Part shown: piece by piece, positions 18,729 to 25,653 of the stretch
Position numbering within the stretch: position 1 is the first letter of the stretch
Layout of the letters: every line of letters starts with the position of its first letter
Assembly: GCA_902797125.1 (NCBI GenBank)
Contig: CADBRS010000182.1
Coordinates: 1 to 49,168 of the forward strand
Reading direction: 5' to 3'
Source: an uncultured Ruminococcus sp.
GTDB lineage: Bacteria > Bacillota > Clostridia > Oscillospirales > CAG-272
Length of the DNA stretch: 49,168 nt
Notes under the pieces: generated by a model
The model's input: the letters and a program-made list of their open reading frames with translations, nothing else
Told to the model about the DNA's origin: nothing
The model's database searches: none
Translations under genes and position numbers: made by a program

Positions 18729-18962
18729 ATGAAAACGAAAAACATCCGTCTTGTAACAATTAAAGATGTTCAGGACCTCGTCAGAATTTTAATCAACTTC
18801 AATGGTGATGTGGACCTGATCTCGGGTCGCTATATTGTCGACGGAAAATCCTTGCTCGGTATCTTCAGTTTGGATATGATGAAACCGATTCAAGTCAAAG
18901 TTCACGACGACAAGAATGCAGATGATCTTTTCAAAGCCATTGAAAGGTTCATCGTAGACTGA
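18729..18962 (+). CDS. HPr-fold protein lacking the phospho-histidine
   Basis: 77 aa. DGKSLLGIFSLD aligns with the HPr Ser46 region (NLKSIMGVMSLG). The His15 region (GLHARPA) is replaced by IKDVQDL. Confidence 0.55.
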   Translation: MKTKNIRLVTIKDVQDLVRILINFNGDVDLISGRYIVDGKSLLGIFSLDMMKPIQVKVHDDKNADDLFKAIERFIVD

Positions 18963-18987
18963 CGTAAAACATTAGGCCCCATAACAT

Positions 18988-19025
18988 AGCCGGTCGTTTC
19001 CAATTGGATCGACCGGCTTGTTTTA
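18988..19025 (+). terminator. intrinsic terminator after the HPr-like gene
   Basis: Hairpin AGCCGGTCG-N13-CGACCGGCT followed by TGTTTTAT. Confidence 0.65.
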
Positions 19026-19079
19026 TAAAAAAGTGCGGGCACATTCCCTTCCAACACAAAGGGTCCTGTGTCCGCACTT
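19026..19079 (-). terminator. intrinsic terminator after queT
   Basis: Minus-strand long hairpin AAGTGCGGACACAGGACCCTT...AAGGGAATGTGCCCGCACTT followed by TTTTTT. Confidence 0.7.
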
Positions 19080-19093
19080 AAATTTTGCATATC

Positions 19094-19687
19094 TTATCCC
19101 GCCGAATTGGGATCATTGTCGCCGGAAGAGTCTGCTTTAGGCTCTTCGTCTTTCTTTTTCAGTTCGGGTCCGCAATAAAGATCCATAAACAGTTTCGGCG
19201 CGATCCTGCGGATAGCCAAATACAGAAGGATGCCCAGGATGCCTGCCGCAATAACTTCTCCGGCACCCACAGTCAGCATCATAAACCAAATGGCATCTTC
19301 GACACCGTATGCATAAGCCAGTACAAACGGAACGATCAGCGCATTGGCGAGGATCGTAGGGATCGGAGCGATCCAAAACGGAAATCTTCTGAACAGGTAG
19401 GCAAGAGTGGCTCCGATCAATGTCGCAAAAGACCCGAAAACAATATCGGCCCAAACGACGCCGGGTACCAGCAGATTGGATATCATACATCCCAATGTCA
19501 GCCCCGGTATGGCAGCGGGCGTAAAAACGGCCAATACGCACAGAGCCTCTGAAATGCGGACCTGGATCACGCCGCTGGACATCCCAACCAATGTTGACAG
19601 CTCAGTCAGCGCTACGTAAAGCACCGCGATCACGGCACCCTGCAAAACGAATTGAATCTGACGACGATTCTGTTTGACAGTGTTCAT
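19094..19687 (-). CDS. queT: queuosine-precursor transporter QueT
   Basis: Small multi-TM protein with QueT-like RISEALCVLAVFTPAAIPGLTLGCMISNL. It is preceded by a preQ1-I riboswitch. Confidence 0.75.
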   Translation of the reverse strand: MNTVKQNRRQIQFVLQGAVIAVLYVALTELSTLVGMSSGVIQVRISEALCVLAVFTPAAIPGLTLGCMISNLLVPGVVWADIVFGSFATLIGATLAYLFRRFPFWIAPIPTILANALIVPFVLAYAYGVEDAIWFMMLTVGAGEVIAAGILGILLYLAIRRIAPKLFMDLYCGPELKKKDEEPKADSSGDNDPNSAG

Positions 19688-19715
19688 TTTTTTGATGCGT
19701 TCCGCTTTCGGAACG

Positions 19716-19760
19716 CCCCCCTAGTTTTGTTTTTGTGGTGAGGATGGTTTCGAACTCACC
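19716..19760 (-). promoter_or_regulatory. preQ1-I riboswitch aptamer
   Basis: Minus-strand RNA GGUGAG-UUCGAAACCAUC-CUCACC-ACAAAAACAAAACUAGGGGGG. P1 hairpin with UUC at the start of the loop, an A-rich tail, and the conserved AAAACUAGG. Compare B. subtilis AGAGGUUCUAGCUACACCCUCUAUAAAAAACUAAGG. It lies directly upstream of queT. The tail is about 5 nt longer than in the classic examples. Confidence 0.65.
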
Positions 19761-19767
19761 AATATGC

Positions 19768-21063
19768 TTATCTGTTCGGTTGAACAGCAATAGCCTCTTT
19801 GATTGTTTTTTTGACCGGCGCGTAGAAATAGAGCGAACCCACGATCAGTATCGGGACATGCTTCTCTCTTGATATGAGTAATGCCTTCTGCATCCCGTTC
19901 AATACCGACTCGGCTGAAACTGCTTTCAGTCCGACCGACCGGAGCGTTTCGGCATACCTGTCGGCTTTTAGAACCCGCGGATTGTCAAAATCAACCGTCA
20001 CGACAGGGCCGGCGATTTCTTTCAGTTTCTCGGCCATGGGCCGATAATCCTTATCCGCCATCACAGCCGTCAGGATGCAGGCTTTCTGCCCCGGAAAATA
20101 TGTTTTGAATCCCTCTACAGCGGCAGTTACACCCTGGACATTGTGTCCTCCGTCGAAAATGCAGGGCGGATTGAGAGACAAAAACTCAAATCTCCCTGGC
20201 CATCTGGCATTTGATAAACCTCGCCTAAGGGCTCCGTCCGAGATCTTATATGTCTGTCTCAACACCTGGACAGCAGCTAATACCGTGAGCACGTTATCAA
20301 CCTGATAGGGCCCTTTCAATCCAACGCCGATCTCTCGTCCGTCTTTCAACCGGATCCGAGTCCGGTCAAAATCAAAAGAAACCTGGTCTACAGCCTGATG
20401 ATCCGCCTCGTATAAAACGGCATGCTTCTCATCTGCTGCGGCTCTGATCACGGACAATACATTTGCCTTAGATCCGCCGTATAACACCGGGCACCGCTCT
20501 TTGATGATCCCTGCTTTTTCACGGGCGATCGCCTCTTCTGTGTGACCCAGTATCTCCATGTGATCCATGTCGACTTCTGTGATCACGCAAAGCTCGGCCT
20601 TCGGGATCACGTTCGTCGGATCGAGACGCCCTCCCAAACCGGTTTCCAGAACCACAATCTGAACGCCCCGGTCGGCATAATAGCATAGTCCGATGGCAAG
20701 GATCAGTTCAAATTCGCTGTACCGCTCGTTTGTTTTTTCCGCTTCTGTACGGACCAAATCGGTATAGCGGATCAGATCCGCGGAAGAGATGTTGCGTCCG
20801 TTCAGCTGGATTCTTTCTTTGAAATTAACCAAGTAAGGAGAAATGAAAAGGCCGGTTTGATAGTTTGCTTCCCGAAAGATGCGGGCCAGCATGGCGCAAA
20901 CAGAGCCCTTGCCGTTGGTCCCGGCCACATGAACGAAATGCAATCTTTCCTGAGGTGAACCTAATGCACAGAGTAAACCCTTGATCCGCGTCAATCCTGG
21001 TTCGGTCTTTTTCCAGCCATGCTCATGAATATAAGCAATAGCTTCTTTCTCTGTTCGAATCAT
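19768..21063 (-). CDS. folC: bifunctional folylpolyglutamate synthase / dihydrofolate synthase
   Basis: Mur-ligase P-loop HVAGTNGKGS, 431 aa. ATGA overlap with folT upstream. Confidence 0.9.
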   Translation of the reverse strand: MIRTEKEAIAYIHEHGWKKTEPGLTRIKGLLCALGSPQERLHFVHVAGTNGKGSVCAMLARIFREANYQTGLFISPYLVNFKERIQLNGRNISSADLIRYTDLVRTEAEKTNERYSEFELILAIGLCYYADRGVQIVVLETGLGGRLDPTNVIPKAELCVITEVDMDHMEILGHTEEAIAREKAGIIKERCPVLYGGSKANVLSVIRAAADEKHAVLYEADHQAVDQVSFDFDRTRIRLKDGREIGVGLKGPYQVDNVLTVLAAVQVLRQTYKISDGALRRGLSNARWPGRFEFLSLNPPCIFDGGHNVQGVTAAVEGFKTYFPGQKACILTAVMADKDYRPMAEKLKEIAGPVVTVDFDNPRVLKADRYAETLRSVGLKAVSAESVLNGMQKALLISREKHVPILIVGSLYFYAPVKKTIKEAIAVQPNR

Positions 21064-21698
21064 GATTCCGTATTTTCCCGCTCCGTCGAGTCAGTCTGTT
21101 CCGTATTGTTTTGTTCTTCCGGTATGACCCTGCCGAATCCGGCAGCTCTGAGAGCCTTGATTACAGGATAGGCAACCACACTGAGGACTGCGGATGTAAC
21201 GACACCCAGCACCAACCTAGCCGCAAGAGAGGCAAAAACGAGGCTGTGCGTGTAATAATCGAAAATAATCGCATCCACCGCGATCACGCCTGTGTTCAGC
21301 ACCGTCACGATCAGTGCGACAACCGAACAAACAATAATAAATAGTGCTTTTTTGTCTTCACAATAGGCTTTCTTGCGGAACAGGATCAAGGCAAAAATAC
21401 CAATGAGCAAGCCTCTTGCCATGTGCGGAACGCACCACAAAAGCGTCGTCGGGGTGAGACCGTAAGGACCAACTGCCTGATCCAAAAAGGCTCCTATGAA
21501 TGCCACCGCAGTCGCGTCCAGGGGGCCGTACAAGGCCGCCACCACGATGATGACAAGCGGAGCAACCGTGATATGCAGATTGATGTTCGGGATCTTAATC
21601 GTTGCGTAGGAACAAAGCACGAAATAAAGAGCCGAGCATACGGCTGCGATAGCAATGCGGACCAGCACTGCGTGTTTGATCACTCTAGTTGAATGCAT
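21060..21698 (-). CDS. folT: ECF-transporter S component, folate family
   Basis: 212-aa multi-TM protein, immediately downstream of a THF riboswitch and translationally coupled to folC. AAGGAGG RBS. Confidence 0.65.
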   Translation of the reverse strand: MHSTRVIKHAVLVRIAIAAVCSALYFVLCSYATIKIPNINLHITVAPLVIIVVAALYGPLDATAVAFIGAFLDQAVGPYGLTPTTLLWCVPHMARGLLIGIFALILFRKKAYCEDKKALFIIVCSVVALIVTVLNTGVIAVDAIIFDYYTHSLVFASLAARLVLGVVTSAVLSVVAYPVIKALRAAGFGRVIPEEQNNTEQTDSTERENTES

Positions 21699-21753
21699 AA
21701 AAAACCTCCTTCCCCGGTATGGAAATCCAAAAGGAAAGAAGTTCCTTTGTTCA

Positions 21754-21850
21754 CCAAGCGGGATGCGAAAACAGGACCGCGGACAGCCGTCCTTCGTCCG
21801 ATATGCAACTCCCTGTCACACCGGCACTTGACGCCCTGCTTTCTACTCTT
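21754..21850 (-). promoter_or_regulatory. THF (tetrahydrofolate) riboswitch aptamer
   Basis: Minus-strand RNA AAGAGUAGAAAGCAGGGCGUCAAGUGCCGGUGUGACAGGGAGUUGCAUAUCGGACGAAGGACGGCUGUCCGCGGUCCUGUUUUCGCAUCCCGCUUGG. It matches the E. siraeum THF aptamer block by block (GAGUAG, GCGUYAAGUG, GGGA loop, ACGAAG, GCGG, GCAUCCGCU), with compensatory P1-P4 pairings. Confidence 0.85.
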
Positions 21851-21864
21851 GTTTTGTTTTCCTC

Positions 21865-21893
21865 ATTATAATCTTCATCAGGTGAAAAGTCAA
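21865..21893 (-). promoter_or_regulatory. sigma-A type promoter for the THF-riboswitch / folT-folC transcript
   Basis: On the minus strand, TTGACT (21893-21888), a 17-nt spacer, then TATAAT (21870-21865). The predicted TSS is a few nt before the aptamer. Confidence 0.7.
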
Positions 21894-21936
21894 CTCACTT
21901 TCCCTTCCGCGAACGACTTTTCTTTTTTCTTTTCCA

Positions 21937-21965
21937 TTGTTTTCAATAACTATTCATGTTATACT
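21937..21965 (+). promoter_or_regulatory. candidate promoter for the MBOAT-DHHW operon
   Basis: TTGTTT (21937-21942), a 17-nt spacer, then an extended -10 TGTTATACT (TATACT at 21960-21965). Confidence 0.5.
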
Positions 21966-21995
21966 ATGAGGCGAGTCTAATGGAGGTCGTCGTAC

Positions 21996-23468
21996 ATGGT
22001 TTTTGCAGATCTGTTGTTCATTTTTCTGTTCTTTGCACTTTGCTTAGCCATCAGCACCTTCATGAAGACCAACAAGGCCAGAAACATCGTTTTGCTGGTC
22101 TTTTCGCTTATCTTCTACGCATGGTCCGGTCCCTGGCTGCTCCTGGTCCTTTGTGGCATGACATTCGTTTGCTATTTCGGTGCCATTCAGATTGAAAAAG
22201 CAAAGGAGCAAATGTCCGGATCCGGTTCACCGCTCAAAGCTAAAAAGATGATGCGTCTCACGCTGATCCTGACGTTGGTCATCTGTCTTGGCGCACTGGC
22301 TTTCTTTAAATACACGACATTTCTGTCCACAGAGTTTGCCCGTTGGTTTGCACCGACAGCTCACATCCCTCAGATCATCCTGCCCATCGGTATCTCATTT
22401 TACACTTTTCAGCTGATTTCTTATGTCGTTGACGTATACCGTTCAGAAGTCCCTGCACAAAAGAAGTACTATCTTTTGCTGCTGTATGCCGGACTTTTCT
22501 ATCAATGTATCGCCGGCCCGATCGTCCGGTACAAAACCGTTGCTCAAGAGTTGACAGACCGGGAACTGAACCTTTCGGATTTCAGCAAAGGCATCACCCG
22601 TTTTGCTGTCGGTCTGGCCAAAAAGGCACTCCTGGCCAATACGCTGGGAGCCCTGGCAGACACATTGGTCCCCGTATCCGGTCAGGGCATCCATAATGCC
22701 GCTGCAGTGACTGTCTTTCTCGGTTCCCTTGCCTACATGCTGCAGATCTATCTGGACTTCTCCGCCTACTCCGACATGGCCATCGGCATGGGACTGATGT
22801 CGGGCTTCCATTTCCTTGAAAACTTCAACTATCCCTATATGGCTGATTCCATGACGGATTTCTGGAGAAGATGGCACATTTCCCTATCCAGTTTCTTCAG
22901 GGATTACGTCTATATCCCGCTCGGAGGAAACCGGAAAGGGATCGCACGCCAGTATCTCAATCTGTTCATCGTATGGGTCTTGACAGGCATTTGGCATGGC
23001 GCAGGCTGGAATTTCCTGCTGTGGGGTCTTTACTTCTTCCTGATTTTGTGTATCGAAAAACGCATCATCGACTTTAAGGAAGAACCTTCAAAAGGTGCGT
23101 ATGTGGCCAGAAGGAGCATCACCCTTGTCCTCTTGTTCTTCGGCTGGATCCTGTTCAGATATTCCGACATGTCCGTCATGCTCGACGTGTTGGGCGGATT
23201 GTTCTGCATCAACGGAAATCCCTTCTGGGATCTGACGACCAGCCTGACATTGCTCAACAATTGTTTTCTGCTGCCTGCGGCTATCGTGGCCTGTACGCCG
23301 ATCATCCCTTATTTGCACAGTCTGCTGGACTACGCGGCCTACAAAAAAAGAGGCTTGCGCCCCGTCGTTCGGGTTTTGTCCGTGGTTTTGCCCATTCTTT
23401 TGGTCGTTCTGTCTGCCCTGTATCTGGCAGGTCAGAATTACAATCCGTTCTTATATACGCAATTCTGA
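21996..23468 (+). CDS. MBOAT-family O-acyltransferase (AlgI/DltB-like)
   Basis: Multi-TM protein with YLDFSAYSDMAIGMG, FWRRWHISLSSFFRDYVYIPLGGNR and the conserved His in GIWHGAGWNF. Confidence 0.85.
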   Translation: MVFADLLFIFLFFALCLAISTFMKTNKARNIVLLVFSLIFYAWSGPWLLLVLCGMTFVCYFGAIQIEKAKEQMSGSGSPLKAKKMMRLTLILTLVICLGALAFFKYTTFLSTEFARWFAPTAHIPQIILPIGISFYTFQLISYVVDVYRSEVPAQKKYYLLLLYAGLFYQCIAGPIVRYKTVAQELTDRELNLSDFSKGITRFAVGLAKKALLANTLGALADTLVPVSGQGIHNAAAVTVFLGSLAYMLQIYLDFSAYSDMAIGMGLMSGFHFLENFNYPYMADSMTDFWRRWHISLSSFFRDYVYIPLGGNRKGIARQYLNLFIVWVLTGIWHGAGWNFLLWGLYFFLILCIEKRIIDFKEEPSKGAYVARRSITLVLLFFGWILFRYSDMSVMLDVLGGLFCINGNPFWDLTTSLTLLNNCFLLPAAIVACTPIIPYLHSLLDYAAYKKRGLRPVVRVLSVVLPILLVVLSALYLAGQNYNPFLYTQF

Positions 23469-23483
23469 AAAAGGAGGTCCGTC

Positions 23484-24932
23484 ATGTCAAATCAATCCGA
23501 ACAATTCGATCCGATTTCGGCTTTGCTGGGTGAAGACCAGCAAAACAAAAAGCACGAGTCCGATCAGCAAAAGGCAAAAAAACCAAATCATGATGAGATC
23601 CCTCAATGGCGGGATGTGAGGCGGGAAACGCCGACGTTCGTCCGTGAAAAGGATCAGGTTTCCAAGATCAAGATCATCTCTTTTTTCGCGTTGCTTGGCA
23701 TCGGCTTTTTGATCGGTCTGCTGTTCTTTTTGCGGCCAACTGTTTCTGAAACGGAAAAGCGGGAGCTGACTCCTTTTCCCTCGTTGACCTGGTCCTCGTT
23801 CTGGTCAGGTGATTTTACGAAGGAAGTATCTGTTTGGTATGCGGATACTTATCCGCTCCGTGAAGGCATGATCCGGGCCTCTCAGACTATGAAATCAGCT
23901 TACGGGATCCAGTCTGTCAGCATCAAGATCACCGAACATGGAGAGGACATACCGACAGAAATCCCCGATGATATCGACCAATATATCAAAGACCACGAAT
24001 CCGAAACAGATCAGCCTGTCAACCCAGTCGAAGGACAGACGATCAACAACCTGTATGTGTCCGGTGATACGGCATATGAACTGTATGCATTCAACACCAC
24101 TGCCGCGCTGAAATATGCCCAGGCGATCAACAAGGCAGCCGAGGCTCTCAGCGGCAAAGCTCAGGTCTATAACGTTTTGGTTCCACTGTCCTATTCGATC
24201 AATCTGCCCGAATCGACCGCGACCAGTTTGGGCGCTTCTTCAGCCAAAGACGCCATCCGCTACATCTTTTCGGTTGTGGGGGACAATGTCCGCAAAGTTC
24301 AGATCCTAGACGAACTGACCAATCACAAAGATGAATATCTGTATTTCAGAACGGATCATCACTGGACCGCTTTGGGCGCTTATTATGCCTATGTTTGCGT
24401 CTGTCAGGAGATGGGAATTTCTCCCATGGCGTTGTCCGATTACAGAACGACGAATGAAATACCCGGATTTCTGGGCACTTTGTATGCCGATGCCGGTCAG
24501 CCCGCTTCCCTGAAATCGAATCCGGACACAGTCGTAACATTCAAGCCGAACAGTACCAATGATATTATCCATTATGACGGCAACGGCACGAAATATACCA
24601 CATACGGCATCATCAACGGTGTCTCAAAGACCAGCAATAAGTATCTGACTTTTTTAGGAGGAGACTTTGCCTACAGCGAGATCCATAATCCTGACAAACA
24701 TGACGGTTCCTCGGTTTTGCTCGTCAAGGAATCTTTCGGAAATGCATTTGCACCCTTCCTCGTTGATTCATTTGAATATGTTTACATCGTCGATTACAGA
24801 TACTACAAAGAAATGACACTTGCACAGTTGGTGGATACGAAAGGGATCCAGAAAGTCATCATTCTCAACAATCTGGTCGCCACCACGGCCACTGCCCGCA
24901 TCAACGAATTGAATGCATTTTTCGGTTCTTGA
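23484..24932 (+). CDS. DHHW-family protein (AlgJ/AlgX-like partner of the MBOAT)
   Basis: Single N-terminal TM helix. Eponymous motif FRTDHHWTALGAYYAY. Located immediately downstream of the MBOAT gene. Confidence 0.8.
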   Translation: MSNQSEQFDPISALLGEDQQNKKHESDQQKAKKPNHDEIPQWRDVRRETPTFVREKDQVSKIKIISFFALLGIGFLIGLLFFLRPTVSETEKRELTPFPSLTWSSFWSGDFTKEVSVWYADTYPLREGMIRASQTMKSAYGIQSVSIKITEHGEDIPTEIPDDIDQYIKDHESETDQPVNPVEGQTINNLYVSGDTAYELYAFNTTAALKYAQAINKAAEALSGKAQVYNVLVPLSYSINLPESTATSLGASSAKDAIRYIFSVVGDNVRKVQILDELTNHKDEYLYFRTDHHWTALGAYYAYVCVCQEMGISPMALSDYRTTNEIPGFLGTLYADAGQPASLKSNPDTVVTFKPNSTNDIIHYDGNGTKYTTYGIINGVSKTSNKYLTFLGGDFAYSEIHNPDKHDGSSVLLVKESFGNAFAPFLVDSFEYVYIVDYRYYKEMTLAQLVDTKGIQKVIILNNLVATTATARINELNAFFGS

Positions 24933-24957
24933 TTTTCATTCTTTTGAAAACCATACC

Positions 24958-24989
24958 AAAAAGCAGAGACTTCCCAGCCTCTGCTTTTT
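24958..24989. terminator. bidirectional intrinsic terminator (DHHW gene / DUF975 operon end)
   Basis: AAAAA-GCAGAGAC-TTCCCA-GCCTCTGC-TTTTT. Confidence 0.75.
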
Positions 24990-25009
24990 GTGTTTCTGTA
25001 TGAATTTTC

Positions 25010-25636
25010 TTACGCCGTCTGCTCGGCAGGTTCTGTTTGCTCTTTCTCCGTTCTCCCACAGATGGAGTCATAGAATTGAGCTTCAGTTGCCCGATAGTAG
25101 GCATCCACCCACAAAACGCCGATTCCTAAGCACAGCATACCGACGATATACCATCCGATGAAACTAAGCTGCAGCACGAACAGTTTGAATTTGTGCCCTT
25201 TCATCAGCATCCGGCTCGTTTTGATACATTCGGACCAGTCCATTTCCGGGTGATCCGCCTTTACATAGTAACTCATGGAATAGGCATAATATTTGATGAT
25301 CCCCGGGATGATGAACAACAAAGACCACAAGAAGATATAAATCGAAGTCATCAATGCGATCAAAAAATTATCTCCGAAATTCGCTGTAAAGCCTTTGAAC
25401 AGATCTGCGAAGGACATCTCTTTCCCGTCCCTGGCCTGCTTCAAAAACACAAAGCATAATCCGAACGACAAAGGTCCTGTCAGAAGCAATGAAGCAATAC
25501 CGAACGTGATGGCCGAAGCAGTGCTGGAAATCGCGCTCACGAGGAGAACGAATACTAATGCAATAAGCCATTTTCCTGCGAAAATTTGACCCCCTAAACA
25601 GGTTTTGGCCCGTTGTTTCATTTCTTTTCTTGTCAT
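25010..25636 (-). CDS. DUF975-family membrane protein
   Basis: Start taken at MTRKEMKQRAK with a GGGAGG RBS. Layout (KxxLKGxW-type N-terminus, 4-5 TM helices, FIGWYIVGMLCLGIG) fits DUF975. The longest-ORF start at 25708 would overlap the upstream gene. Confidence 0.65.
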   Translation of the reverse strand: MTRKEMKQRAKTCLGGQIFAGKWLIALVFVLLVSAISSTASAITFGIASLLLTGPLSFGLCFVFLKQARDGKEMSFADLFKGFTANFGDNFLIALMTSIYIFLWSLLFIIPGIIKYYAYSMSYYVKADHPEMDWSECIKTSRMLMKGHKFKLFVLQLSFIGWYIVGMLCLGIGVLWVDAYYRATEAQFYDSICGRTEKEQTEPAEQTA

Positions 25637-25653
25637 GTTAAGCCTCCCTTTGC

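Noticed and set aside
21729-21748. AU-rich hairpin AAAGGAA-CUUCU-UUCCUUU + U after the THF aptamer, considered as the riboswitch terminator.
   Set aside because: The stem is only 7 bp with 2 G-C pairs and the U-tract is interrupted. The same CCUUU segment could instead pair with the AAGGAGG RBS. The expression platform cannot be resolved by eye, so it is not reported as a feature.
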